Source: Chloroflexota bacterium (GTDB lineage: Bacteria; Chloroflexota; Limnocylindria; QHBO01). Taken from it: a stretch of 35,063 nucleotides of DNA. The position numbers were made by a program, and so were the translations under genes. Positions 1 through 7,098 of the stretch are shown here, piece by piece (position 1 is the first letter of the stretch; each line of letters opens with the position of its first letter). The notes beneath the pieces are model-generated. The model ran no database searches. It was not told the origin of the DNA and saw nothing but the letters and a program-made list of their open reading frames with translations. The stretch spans positions 1-35,063 of the forward strand of contig JANMPX010000190.1 of assembly GCA_031370085.1 (NCBI GenBank), given 5' to 3'.

Positions 1-237
1 GAGACCAAGCATCACATCGACGTGATGTGGCACGACTACTTCAAGCCCGAGCACCTCACCGCGTACCCCGACCTGCACGATGTCTGCTGGAAGGCCTCGA
101 AGGCCGCGTCCAAGGTGAAGCAGTCGACCGATCTCGAGGCAGCTCGCGAGCTCCTGGGGCTCATCGACAAGATCGACGAGATGTGGCAGGGGACCGGCGG
201 GCTGGCCAAGACCCGCGTCAACGGGCGACCCTCCTGA
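1..237 (+). CDS. hypothetical protein, C-terminal fragment (5' end lies outside the window)
   Basis: Frame 1 is open from base 1 (ETKHHIDVMWHDYFKPEHL...) to TGA 235-237, with G/C-rich third positions. No family motif recognised. Confidence 0.5.
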   Translation, partial: ETKHHIDVMWHDYFKPEHLTAYPDLHDVCWKASKAASKVKQSTDLEAARELLGLIDKIDEMWQGTGGLAKTRVNGRPS

Positions 238-632
238 GGCGTCCCGGGCGGCTGCTGGCGCTGCTCGGCGCTGCTGGCGGGATCACCGCAGGCGCCGCCG
301 CGAGGCGCTACCTGGACGTTGTCGAGGTGCAAGGTGACTCGATGGCTCCAACGCTGCTCCCAGGTGACCGGATCATCGTCGAGTCACGCACCTACGCCAG
401 CCGCGCTCCAAGGCCTGGCGAGGTCGTCCTGGCGTCTGATCCGCGAGAGCCCGAGCGGGAGCTGATCAAGCGGGTGGCATCGGTGGACGCGGAGCTGGGG
501 CAAGTGGCGCTGCTCGGCGATGCCCCCGGGGAAAGCACCGATTCACGCGCGTTCGGGAGCGTTCCGCTCGCCTCGATTCGGTGGCGCGCGGCGGTTCGCT
601 ACTGGCCTCCGGGGCGTGCGGGAACGCTCTGA
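183..632 (+). CDS. lepB: signal peptidase I (S26 family), short form
   Basis: Carries the catalytic Ser box GDSMAPTLLPGD, the Lys box ELIKRV and the C-terminal box GDAPGESTDSRAFG (GDNxxxSxDSR-like). A hydrophobic anchor LLALLGAAGGITAGAAA precedes them. The track start at 27 would overlap the upstream gene entirely. GTG 183 is the only canonical in-frame start upstream of the anchor, so the start is uncertain. Confidence 0.75.
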   Translation: MAGDRRAGQDPRQRATLLRRPGRLLALLGAAGGITAGAAARRYLDVVEVQGDSMAPTLLPGDRIIVESRTYASRAPRPGEVVLASDPREPERELIKRVASVDAELGQVALLGDAPGESTDSRAFGSVPLASIRWRAAVRYWPPGRAGTL

Positions 633-636
633 TCGA

Positions 637-1017
637 TCAGTCGACTCCGAGCAGGGCTGCCACTGCCGCGACGCATTCGTCCCGGTCGGCAGGAAGGAAG
701 TGTGCCGCCGCTCCCGCCTCTGCGCGGACCAGCCACTCGCTGGCGGTCGTGGGGCGCACCGCAATGCGCGCCTCCGGCGCGCGCTCGCGCAGGAACGCGA
801 CCACGGGGCCCAGGCCGGCGTCGCCGTACTCCTCCCTGATTGCGCCCACATCAACCAGCGCCACATCGGGACGGCGCAGGACGGTCGCCTGGTGCAGGCG
901 CGCGGCGTCGTTGTAGAAGAAGGCCAACGCGCCGCTCAGGCGTGCCTCGAGGGCATCGGCCAGCTCTCGGTCACGCGTGAGGCAGTAGACCAGCAGATCG
1001 TGCTCACCGCCTTCCAT
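637..1017 (-). CDS. stand-alone degenerate receiver-like (CheY-fold) protein
   Basis: 126 aa with receiver-like spacing: LLVYCLTRD / PDVALVDVG / IAVRPT / HFLPAD. The N-terminal acidic pair and the conserved Lys are missing. The assignment is by pattern only. Confidence 0.45.
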   Translation of the reverse strand: MEGGEHDLLVYCLTRDRELADALEARLSGALAFFYNDAARLHQATVLRRPDVALVDVGAIREEYGDAGLGPVVAFLRERAPEARIAVRPTTASEWLVRAEAGAAAHFLPADRDECVAAVAALLGVD

Positions 1018-1075
1018 CGGCGCGAGGGTACCACTCAGAGGAGGCGTCGTTGAGCAGCGTTACAATGGCGGGCCG

Positions 1076-2011
1076 ATGACGACCCGCACCGACCTGACCG
1101 CCGGCCACCAGGCACTGGGCAGCCTGCTGGGACGAGTCTGGGCGGTCGACCAGGTCGGCCTGGAGGAGCGCGCCGCCTCGCTCGCCAAACGCAGCATCAA
1201 GCGCGAGTCGAAGCTCTGGGCGCTCGATCTAGCGATCCGCATGATCGACCTCACCACGCTGGAGGGGAAGGACACGCCGGGCAAGATCCGCGCCCTGGCC
1301 GGCAAGGCGCGCCACCCCGATCCGACCGACCCCGCCATCCCTTCGGTGGCCGCCCTGTGCGTCTACCCCAACATGATCGCCGCGGCAAAGGCGGCGCTGG
1401 CCGGGTCGGCCGTCAAGGTGGCCGCGGTGGCCACCTACTTCCCGTCGGGCCAGGCGCCGCTGTCGGTGAAGCTCGACGACGTGCGCACCGCCATCGCCCT
1501 GGGGGCAGACGAGATCGACATGGTGATCGATCGTGGAGCCTTCCTCGCCGGCCGCTACGCGCAGGTCTTCGACGAGATCGTGGCCGTCAAGGAGGCCTGT
1601 GGCGCGACCCATCTCAAGGTGATCCTGGAGACCGGCGAGCTGGAGACCTACGACAACGTGCGCCGCGCATCGGTGCTGGCCATGGCGGCCGGAGCTGACT
1701 TCATCAAGACCTCCACCGGCAAGGTGCAGCCGGCGGCGACTCTTCCCGTCACGCTGGTCATGCTCGAGGCGATTCGCGACTTCCACGCGCAGACCGGGCG
1801 GGCGGTGGGGATGAAGCCTGCCGGCGGGATCCGCACCGCAAAAGAGGCGATCTCCTACCTGACCGTGCTGTACGAGACCCTGGGGCCAGACTGGATGACC
1901 CCCGATCGATTCCGCTTCGGCGCCTCGACTCTGCTCAACGACCTCCTGATGCAGATCCGCAAGGAGCGAACCGGCCGCTATTCGGGCGGCGACTATTTCA
2001 CGCTCGACTAG
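1076..2011 (+). CDS. deoC: deoxyribose-phosphate aldolase (long actinobacterial/eukaryote-like form)
   Basis: DERA motifs are collinear: DLTTLEG, CVYP, YFPSG, ADEIDMVI, LKVILETGEL, the Schiff-base Lys in FIKTSTGK, KPAGGIR and RFGASTLL. Confidence 0.9.
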   Translation: MTTRTDLTAGHQALGSLLGRVWAVDQVGLEERAASLAKRSIKRESKLWALDLAIRMIDLTTLEGKDTPGKIRALAGKARHPDPTDPAIPSVAALCVYPNMIAAAKAALAGSAVKVAAVATYFPSGQAPLSVKLDDVRTAIALGADEIDMVIDRGAFLAGRYAQVFDEIVAVKEACGATHLKVILETGELETYDNVRRASVLAMAAGADFIKTSTGKVQPAATLPVTLVMLEAIRDFHAQTGRAVGMKPAGGIRTAKEAISYLTVLYETLGPDWMTPDRFRFGASTLLNDLLMQIRKERTGRYSGGDYFTLD

Positions 2012-2015
2012 CCCG

Positions 2016-2702
2016 ATGCTCGAGGTCGCCCCCGGCACGATCGTGGTCTTCAGCGACATTGGCTGCCCGTGGGCGCACGTGGCTGTCTGGCGGCTGCACG
2101 ATGCGCGACGTCGCCTTGGCCTGGACGGGATCATCGCCTTCGACCACCGTGTCTTTCCGCTCGAGCTCTTCAACTCGCAGCCGACCCCCAAGGACGAGCT
2201 GGCGGTCGAATTCGATGCCTGCGCCGGCCTCGCTCCACGCGCCGGCTGGCAGCCATGGAACGCTCCGGAATGGAGCTGGCCGGCCACCATGCTGCCGCCC
2301 ATGGAGGCGGTGCAGGCCGCCAAGGAGCAGGGGCTGGCGGCCTCGGAGCAGCTGGACCGGGGCCTGCGTCGCGCCTTCTGGGGCGAGAGCCGCTGCGTCA
2401 GCCTGCGCCACGTCATCCTGGAGGTGGCCGCCGAATGCGACGCGGTGGAGATAGAGGCGCTGGCGTCGGCGATCGACTCCGGGCGTGCCCGCCACGCCAT
2501 CTTCGAGCAGTACGAGGTGGCCAAGACCGATGCCGTGGATGGCTCGCCGCACCTCTTCCTGGCCGATGGGACGAACCTCCAGAACCCTGGCATCGAGGCG
2601 ACCTGGGAAGAGGGTGGCGACGGCTTCTGGCGCCCCGCCATCGTGCGCGACGATCCAAACATCTACGACGACCTGCTGCGGCGCGCCGCCGCCAGCGGCT
2701 GA
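2016..2702 (+). CDS. DsbA-family (FrnE-like) thioredoxin-fold protein, monothiol variant
   Basis: The N-terminal strand-helix VVFSDIGCPWAHVAVWRL sits where DsbA/FrnE proteins carry CPWC, but here the second Cys is Ala. The C-terminal VDGSPHLFLADG resembles the cis-Pro loop region. Only 4 nt lie between it and deoC. Confidence 0.7.
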   Translation: MLEVAPGTIVVFSDIGCPWAHVAVWRLHDARRRLGLDGIIAFDHRVFPLELFNSQPTPKDELAVEFDACAGLAPRAGWQPWNAPEWSWPATMLPPMEAVQAAKEQGLAASEQLDRGLRRAFWGESRCVSLRHVILEVAAECDAVEIEALASAIDSGRARHAIFEQYEVAKTDAVDGSPHLFLADGTNLQNPGIEATWEEGGDGFWRPAIVRDDPNIYDDLLRRAAASG

Positions 2703-2714
2703 CCTCACGTTCCG

Positions 2715-3212
2715 GTGGCTCGTCACGTTTCAACCAGCGTGCACCTTCCCCCCTTTCAGCGCCTCGTTGACGACCACGCGACGGAGCTGCATCGGTTCCT
2801 GGTCGCTTCGGTGGGACCGACCGACGCGGAGGACTGCCTGCAGGAGACATTCCTCTCCGCGCTGCGGGCCTACCCGCGGCTGCGGCACGGCGACAACCTG
2901 CGCGCCTGGCTCTACCTGATCGCCCAGCGCAAGGCGACCGATCTCATTCGTCGCTTCAGCCGTCGCCCGGTCACCGATCTCGATGTTGTCTCGCCGGAAC
3001 GCCTGGCTGTCGCCGCCGTCGAGATTGGCGACGATGGGCTCTGGCTGGCAGTGCGCGGGCTGCCCGAGAAGCAGCGCGCGGCGGTAGTGCATCGATTTGT
3101 CTTCGACCTTGCCTATCGGGAGGTCGGGAATCGCATGGGGATCAGCGAGGAGGCAGCTCGTCAGAACGTCAGCGCGGGGCTGCGCCGGCTCCGCATGGAG
3201 GTGGAACGATGA
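2715..3212 (+). CDS. ECF-type RNA polymerase sigma factor (sigma-70 family)
   Basis: Region 2 reads DCLQETFLSALRAYPRLRHGDNLRAWLYLIAQRKATDLIRR. Region 4 reads LPEKQRAAVVHRFVFDLAYREVGNRMGISEEAARQNVSAGLRRLR. Start is GTG 2715, with an alternative GTG at 2739. Confidence 0.85.
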   Translation: MARHVSTSVHLPPFQRLVDDHATELHRFLVASVGPTDAEDCLQETFLSALRAYPRLRHGDNLRAWLYLIAQRKATDLIRRFSRRPVTDLDVVSPERLAVAAVEIGDDGLWLAVRGLPEKQRAAVVHRFVFDLAYREVGNRMGISEEAARQNVSAGLRRLRMEVER

Positions 3213-3817
3213 CCGATCTCGAGCAGCGCCTTGCCGGCTCGCCTGCCACGAACCTCGACCTCGAAGCCCTCAGCGCCGCCCTGGCTCGCCGGGCGAGCGA
3301 AGACGGGCTGCTGGATGTCGCCTTCGCGGCCCTCGATTCACCGATGGGCCAGCTGACCGTCTTCGTCACGCCTCGCGGTCTGGTTCGCCTCGCCTACCCC
3401 GATGAGCCGGTCGACGCGCTCCTTGACGACCTCGCAGCGCGAGTCTCCCCACGGATCCTGCACGCACCGGCACGCACGGATAGGGTGCGCCGCGAGTTAG
3501 ATGCCTACTTCGCCGGTGAGCGCCACGCCTTTGACCTGCCGGTCGACTGGTCGCTGATCCACGGCTTCGCGACCGAAGTGCTGCATGCCACCGCCGAGAT
3601 CCCGTTCGGACAGACCGCCACCTACGGCCAGGTTGCGACCAGTGCGGGCTCGCCGCGCGCCGCGCGCGCCGCCGGCAACGCTCTCGGCTCCAACCCGATC
3701 CCGATCGTGGTGCCGTGCCACCGGGTGCTGCACGCCGACGGCGGGTTGGGAGGTTATTCCGGAGGCCTCGACCGCAAGCGCTTCCTCCTTCGGCTGGAGG
3801 GTTCGCTGGAGGCGTAG
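3209..3817 (+). CDS. ogt: methylated-DNA--protein-cysteine S-methyltransferase with about 35-aa N-terminal extension
   Basis: The active site is IPIVVPCHRVLHADGGLGGYSGG (PCHR) and the HTH is TYGQVATSAGSPRAARAAGNALGSNP. Its ATG overlaps the sigma-factor stop (ATGA at 3209-3212). Confidence 0.9.
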   Translation: MTDLEQRLAGSPATNLDLEALSAALARRASEDGLLDVAFAALDSPMGQLTVFVTPRGLVRLAYPDEPVDALLDDLAARVSPRILHAPARTDRVRRELDAYFAGERHAFDLPVDWSLIHGFATEVLHATAEIPFGQTATYGQVATSAGSPRAARAAGNALGSNPIPIVVPCHRVLHADGGLGGYSGGLDRKRFLLRLEGSLEA

Positions 3818-3892
3818 CGCCACGACTCGGTTCGGGAGCGGAATGGCGTATTTCCCCGCAGTGGGCGCTTACGACAACCGGACCAGCGACAC

Positions 3893-3906
3893 CGAGACGT
3901 ACGTCT
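3893..3906. repeat. perfect 14-nt palindrome GAGACGTACGTCTC in an unassigned gap, followed by a small hairpin CCGACG-AGTTA-CGTCGG-TTT (3912-3931)
   Basis: Read directly from the sequence. Function unknown. Confidence 0.6.
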
Positions 3907-4167
3907 CACTGGCCGACGAGTTACGTCGGTTTCAGCCGCGATCGGCCCGGTCGCTCCGCCGCAAGCATCCATCGCTGAGAAATACGGCGCGCATGACCAC
4001 GGCAGTGGCGACGGCGCAATCGTGGCGAGTCGTCGAGAGCGCCAGGACGGCAACAGGCGTACGGCCCTCGCTGGGCGGACGGGGTTAGTTGCTGGGGACT
4101 ATCCGGGGCGCCTGAGCGCGGCCACCGGCCAGCGGGTCGGCAGGATGCCCGTGCGACAATCGTCAGC

Positions 4168-4563
4168 ATGAGGCGGTTCCGAGTGACATGGCTGATCGGC
4201 GTGCTCGCGGTCGCGGGTTGCGGAACCTCCGTCCCAACAACCAGCCAGCAGGCGCCGGTCTTCCAGCTGGATTCCGCGTCCGTGACCTGTCAGGACGAGA
4301 GGGTTGGTGTCGAGCTCGCGATAGAACATGCGCAGGCCCAGCCGGGCTACCTCGATTGCATCACCGGGGCGCTCCAGGTCGATCCCGATGGGACCATCTG
4401 GCTCTGCAGCATCGTGGCGGGCGCCGGCGCACCGCCCTGCGATGGCCTTCGACTGCGGGTCCAGGGCCTCGATGCGGGCATGGTGGATGTGATCTGGCAC
4501 GCGGCACCGGAGGTCCGCTGGTCGGATCCCATCAAGCTTCTCGGACGGGTGCGTTTTGGCTGA
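4168..4563 (+). CDS. small secreted lipoprotein, unknown function
   Basis: The signal peptide has a lipobox: MRRFRVTWLIGVLAVAGC-GTS. The mature part carries four further Cys. A -10-like GACAAT at 4155-4160 lies 7 nt before the ATG. Confidence 0.65.
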   Translation: MRRFRVTWLIGVLAVAGCGTSVPTTSQQAPVFQLDSASVTCQDERVGVELAIEHAQAQPGYLDCITGALQVDPDGTIWLCSIVAGAGAPPCDGLRLRVQGLDAGMVDVIWHAAPEVRWSDPIKLLGRVRFG

Positions 4564-4594
4564 TCGGCGGCGGCCCCGTGCGATAATCGGCCGC

Positions 4595-6118
4595 GTGACG
4601 CTCGTCAAGAAGCCGGAGAGCCGCCCGGCCCCTGCCTCGTGGGGCCTCTCCGCGCGCGGGATCCCCTGGGAATACGCCCCCGCCCCCGAGTCGACCGATC
4701 ACATCCAGATTCGGCCGCAGTACGGCCTGTTCATCGACAACGAGTTCTCCCCGAGCCGGCCCAAGGCAACCTTCGAGGTGATCAACCCGGCCACCGAGGA
4801 GCCGTTGGCTCGCGTGGCCAGGGCCTCCAAGGCCGATGTCAACCGGGCCGTCGTCGCCGCCCGCCGAGCCCACGACACCGTCTGGTCCCTGCTGCCCGGC
4901 AGCGAGCGGGCGAAGTACCTGTACCGCATCGCGCGGATCATCCAGGAGCGCTCCCGCGAGTTCGCGGTGGTCGAGACCATGAACTCCGGCAAGCCGATCA
5001 AGGAGAGCCGCGACGTCGACGTTCCGCTTGCCGCGGCGCACTTCTTCTACTACGCAGGCTGGGCCGACAAGCTCGACTACGCCTTCCCCGGCCGGCGCCC
5101 GAGATCGCTCGGCGTTGCCGCCCAGATCATTCCGTGGAACTTCCCGCTGCTGATGCTGGCCTGGAAGATCGCGCCGGCACTGGCGGCCGGCAATACGGTC
5201 GTGCTCAAGCCTGCCTCGACGACGCCGCTGACCGCGTATCTCTTCGCCGAGGTGGTGCGCCAGGCAGACCTGCCGGCGGGGGTGGTGAACATCATAACCG
5301 GGCCGGGCGAGATCGGTATGGAGCTGGTCCGACACCCGGACGTCAACAAGATCGCGTTCACCGGCTCGACCGCCGTTGGCAAGTTGCTCGCCCGCGCGGT
5401 CGCGGGAAGGCGCCAGACGCTGACACTGGAGCTCGGCGTCAAGGCGGCCCACATCGTCTTCGACGACGCGCCGCTCGACCAGGCGATCGAGGGGATCATC
5501 AACGGCATCTATTTCAACCAGGGCGAGGTGTGCTGCGCCGGGTCGCGCCTCTTCGTCCAGGAATCGATCTACGAGCCGCTCCTCGACAAGCTCAAGGCGC
5601 GCCTCTCCACCCTGCGAGTCGGCGACCCGCTCGATAAGAACACCGATGTCGGCGCGATCAACTCGGCCGGCCAGCTGGCCAAGATCGCGGAGCTGGTGGC
5701 CTCGGGGATCGAGGAGGGGGCGGAGATCTTCCAGCCCGACTGCGTCCTGCCGGACCGTGGCTTCTTCTTCCGGCCGACCCTCTTCACCGGGGTCAGCCAG
5801 AGCCATCGGATCGCCCAGGAGGAGATCTTCGGGCCGGTCCTGTCGGTCCTCACCTTCCGGACCCCCGAAGAGGCGGCTGAAAAGGCCAACAACACGCCCT
5901 ACGGGCTCTCAGCCGGGGTGTGGACCGAGAAGGGAAGCCGCATCTTCAAGATGGTGGGCGCCATGAAAGCCGGTGTGGTGTGGGCCAACACCTTCAACCG
6001 ATTCGACCCCACCTCCCCATTCGGCGGCTACAAGGAGTCCGGTTACGGCCGCGAGGGCGGAATCCACGGGCTGGGCGCCTATCTCGACCTGTCTGCCGAC
6101 GGGGCCAACGGCCGATGA
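4595..6118 (+). CDS. NAD(P)-dependent aldehyde dehydrogenase (full length)
   Basis: ALDH motifs are collinear: IIPWNFP, VLKPAS, FTGSTAVGK, LELGVKAA (general-base Glu), GEVCCAGSR (catalytic Cys), EEIFGPV and PFGGYKESGYGRE. The start is ambiguous between GTG 4595 and TTG 4556. Confidence 0.9.
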   Translation: MTLVKKPESRPAPASWGLSARGIPWEYAPAPESTDHIQIRPQYGLFIDNEFSPSRPKATFEVINPATEEPLARVARASKADVNRAVVAARRAHDTVWSLLPGSERAKYLYRIARIIQERSREFAVVETMNSGKPIKESRDVDVPLAAAHFFYYAGWADKLDYAFPGRRPRSLGVAAQIIPWNFPLLMLAWKIAPALAAGNTVVLKPASTTPLTAYLFAEVVRQADLPAGVVNIITGPGEIGMELVRHPDVNKIAFTGSTAVGKLLARAVAGRRQTLTLELGVKAAHIVFDDAPLDQAIEGIINGIYFNQGEVCCAGSRLFVQESIYEPLLDKLKARLSTLRVGDPLDKNTDVGAINSAGQLAKIAELVASGIEEGAEIFQPDCVLPDRGFFFRPTLFTGVSQSHRIAQEEIFGPVLSVLTFRTPEEAAEKANNTPYGLSAGVWTEKGSRIFKMVGAMKAGVVWANTFNRFDPTSPFGGYKESGYGREGGIHGLGAYLDLSADGANGR

Positions 6119-7098
6119 GCCCGCGCGCCCGTCCGGTCGCCACCCGAACGCCCGCCAGACGCCGTGTCGGCGTGCTCGACGCGCACGCAGCGCAGCCGCT
6201 CGCGACCGCGGCGCCCGGGGTCGAACGCCTCGGCGTGCGCAAGACCTACAAGCTGTACATTGGTGGGGAGTTCCCGCGCACCGAATCGGGGCGCGCCTAC
6301 GAGGTCTTGGGCGCGCGCGGCGAGTCACTGGCCAACGCCTGCCGCGGTACGCGCAAGGACATCCGTGATGCGGTCCGCGCCGCGCGCAAGGCGCAGCCGG
6401 GCTGGTCGTCGAAGACCGCCTACAACCGCAGCCAGATCCTGTACCGCATCGCGGAGCTGATGGAGGGACGGCGCGACCAGTTCATCGCCGAGGTGATGGC
6501 CAGCGAGGGGATCGGCCGCCAGCGCGCCAGCCGGCTGGTGAACGCCGCCATCGATCGCTGGGTCTGGTACGCAGGCTGGGCCGACAAGTACGGCCAGGTG
6601 GTCGGCACCGTCAACCCGGTGGCGGGAAGCTACTTCAACTTCAGCGTGCCGGAGCCGACCGGCGTGGTCGGCGTCATCGCGCCGGAGGGCTCGAGCCTGC
6701 TCGGCCTGGTCAGCCGCCTTGCCCCGGTGATCGTCTCGGGCAACTGCGCGGTGGTCCTTGCCTCGGAGTCGCGACCCCTGCCAGCCGTCACCCTGACCGA
6801 GGTGCTCGCGACCTCGGATGTGCCCGGTGGCGTGGTCAACCTGATCACCGGGCTTCGACGCGAGCTCGTCTCGCACCTGGCCGGGCACATGGACGTCAAC
6901 GCGCTCGACGCATTCGGCCTGGAACCCGGGCAGATCGCCGCCATCGAGGAGATCGCCACCGAGAACGTGAAGCGCGTGGCGCGCCCGCCGGTAGCGGGCC
7001 TCGAGGCCTTCGACTGGCTGTCATCGGCAGCGCAGTCGCCCTACCTGATCGGCGAATTCGTCGAGATCAAGACGGTCTGGCACCCGATCGGCGCGTAG
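6115..7098 (+). CDS. aldehyde-dehydrogenase-like protein lacking the catalytic domain
   Basis: ATG 6115 overlaps the upstream stop (ATGA). It aligns to the neighbouring ALDH through the NAD-binding half (YKLYIGGEF..., WYAGWADKYG, GGVVNLITG, MDVNALDAFG). It then jumps straight to the C-terminal strand (YLIGEFVEIKTVWHPIGA). No WNFP, ELGG or Cys motifs are present. Length is 327 aa against roughly 500 for a full ALDH. Confidence 0.75.
   Translation: MSPRARPVATRTPARRRVGVLDAHAAQPLATAAPGVERLGVRKTYKLYIGGEFPRTESGRAYEVLGARGESLANACRGTRKDIRDAVRAARKAQPGWSSKTAYNRSQILYRIAELMEGRRDQFIAEVMASEGIGRQRASRLVNAAIDRWVWYAGWADKYGQVVGTVNPVAGSYFNFSVPEPTGVVGVIAPEGSSLLGLVSRLAPVIVSGNCAVVLASESRPLPAVTLTEVLATSDVPGGVVNLITGLRRELVSHLAGHMDVNALDAFGLEPGQIAAIEEIATENVKRVARPPVAGLEAFDWLSSAAQSPYLIGEFVEIKTVWHPIGA

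Noticed and set aside
27-632. Using ATG 27 as the signal-peptidase start
   Set aside because: It would overlap the entire upstream ORF in another frame and add about 50 Arg-rich residues before the membrane anchor. GTG 183 is preferred, though unproven.
183-632. Calling the short S26 peptidase a nickel-SOD maturation protease (SodX-like)
   Set aside because: The size is suggestive, but there is no sodN gene or other supporting context in the window.
1229-2662. 477-aa minus-strand ORF and the 424-aa ORF at 4532..5806
   Set aside because: They are antisense to deoC/DsbA-like and to the ALDH respectively. No motifs are present, so they are GC artefacts.
1076-7098. Treating deoC and the two ALDH genes as one deoxyribose-catabolic operon (acetaldehyde oxidation)
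   Set aside because: Five unrelated genes (the DsbA-like protein, the sigma factor, ogt, and the lipoprotein beyond the 350-nt gap) separate them, so a functional link cannot be supported from this sequence.
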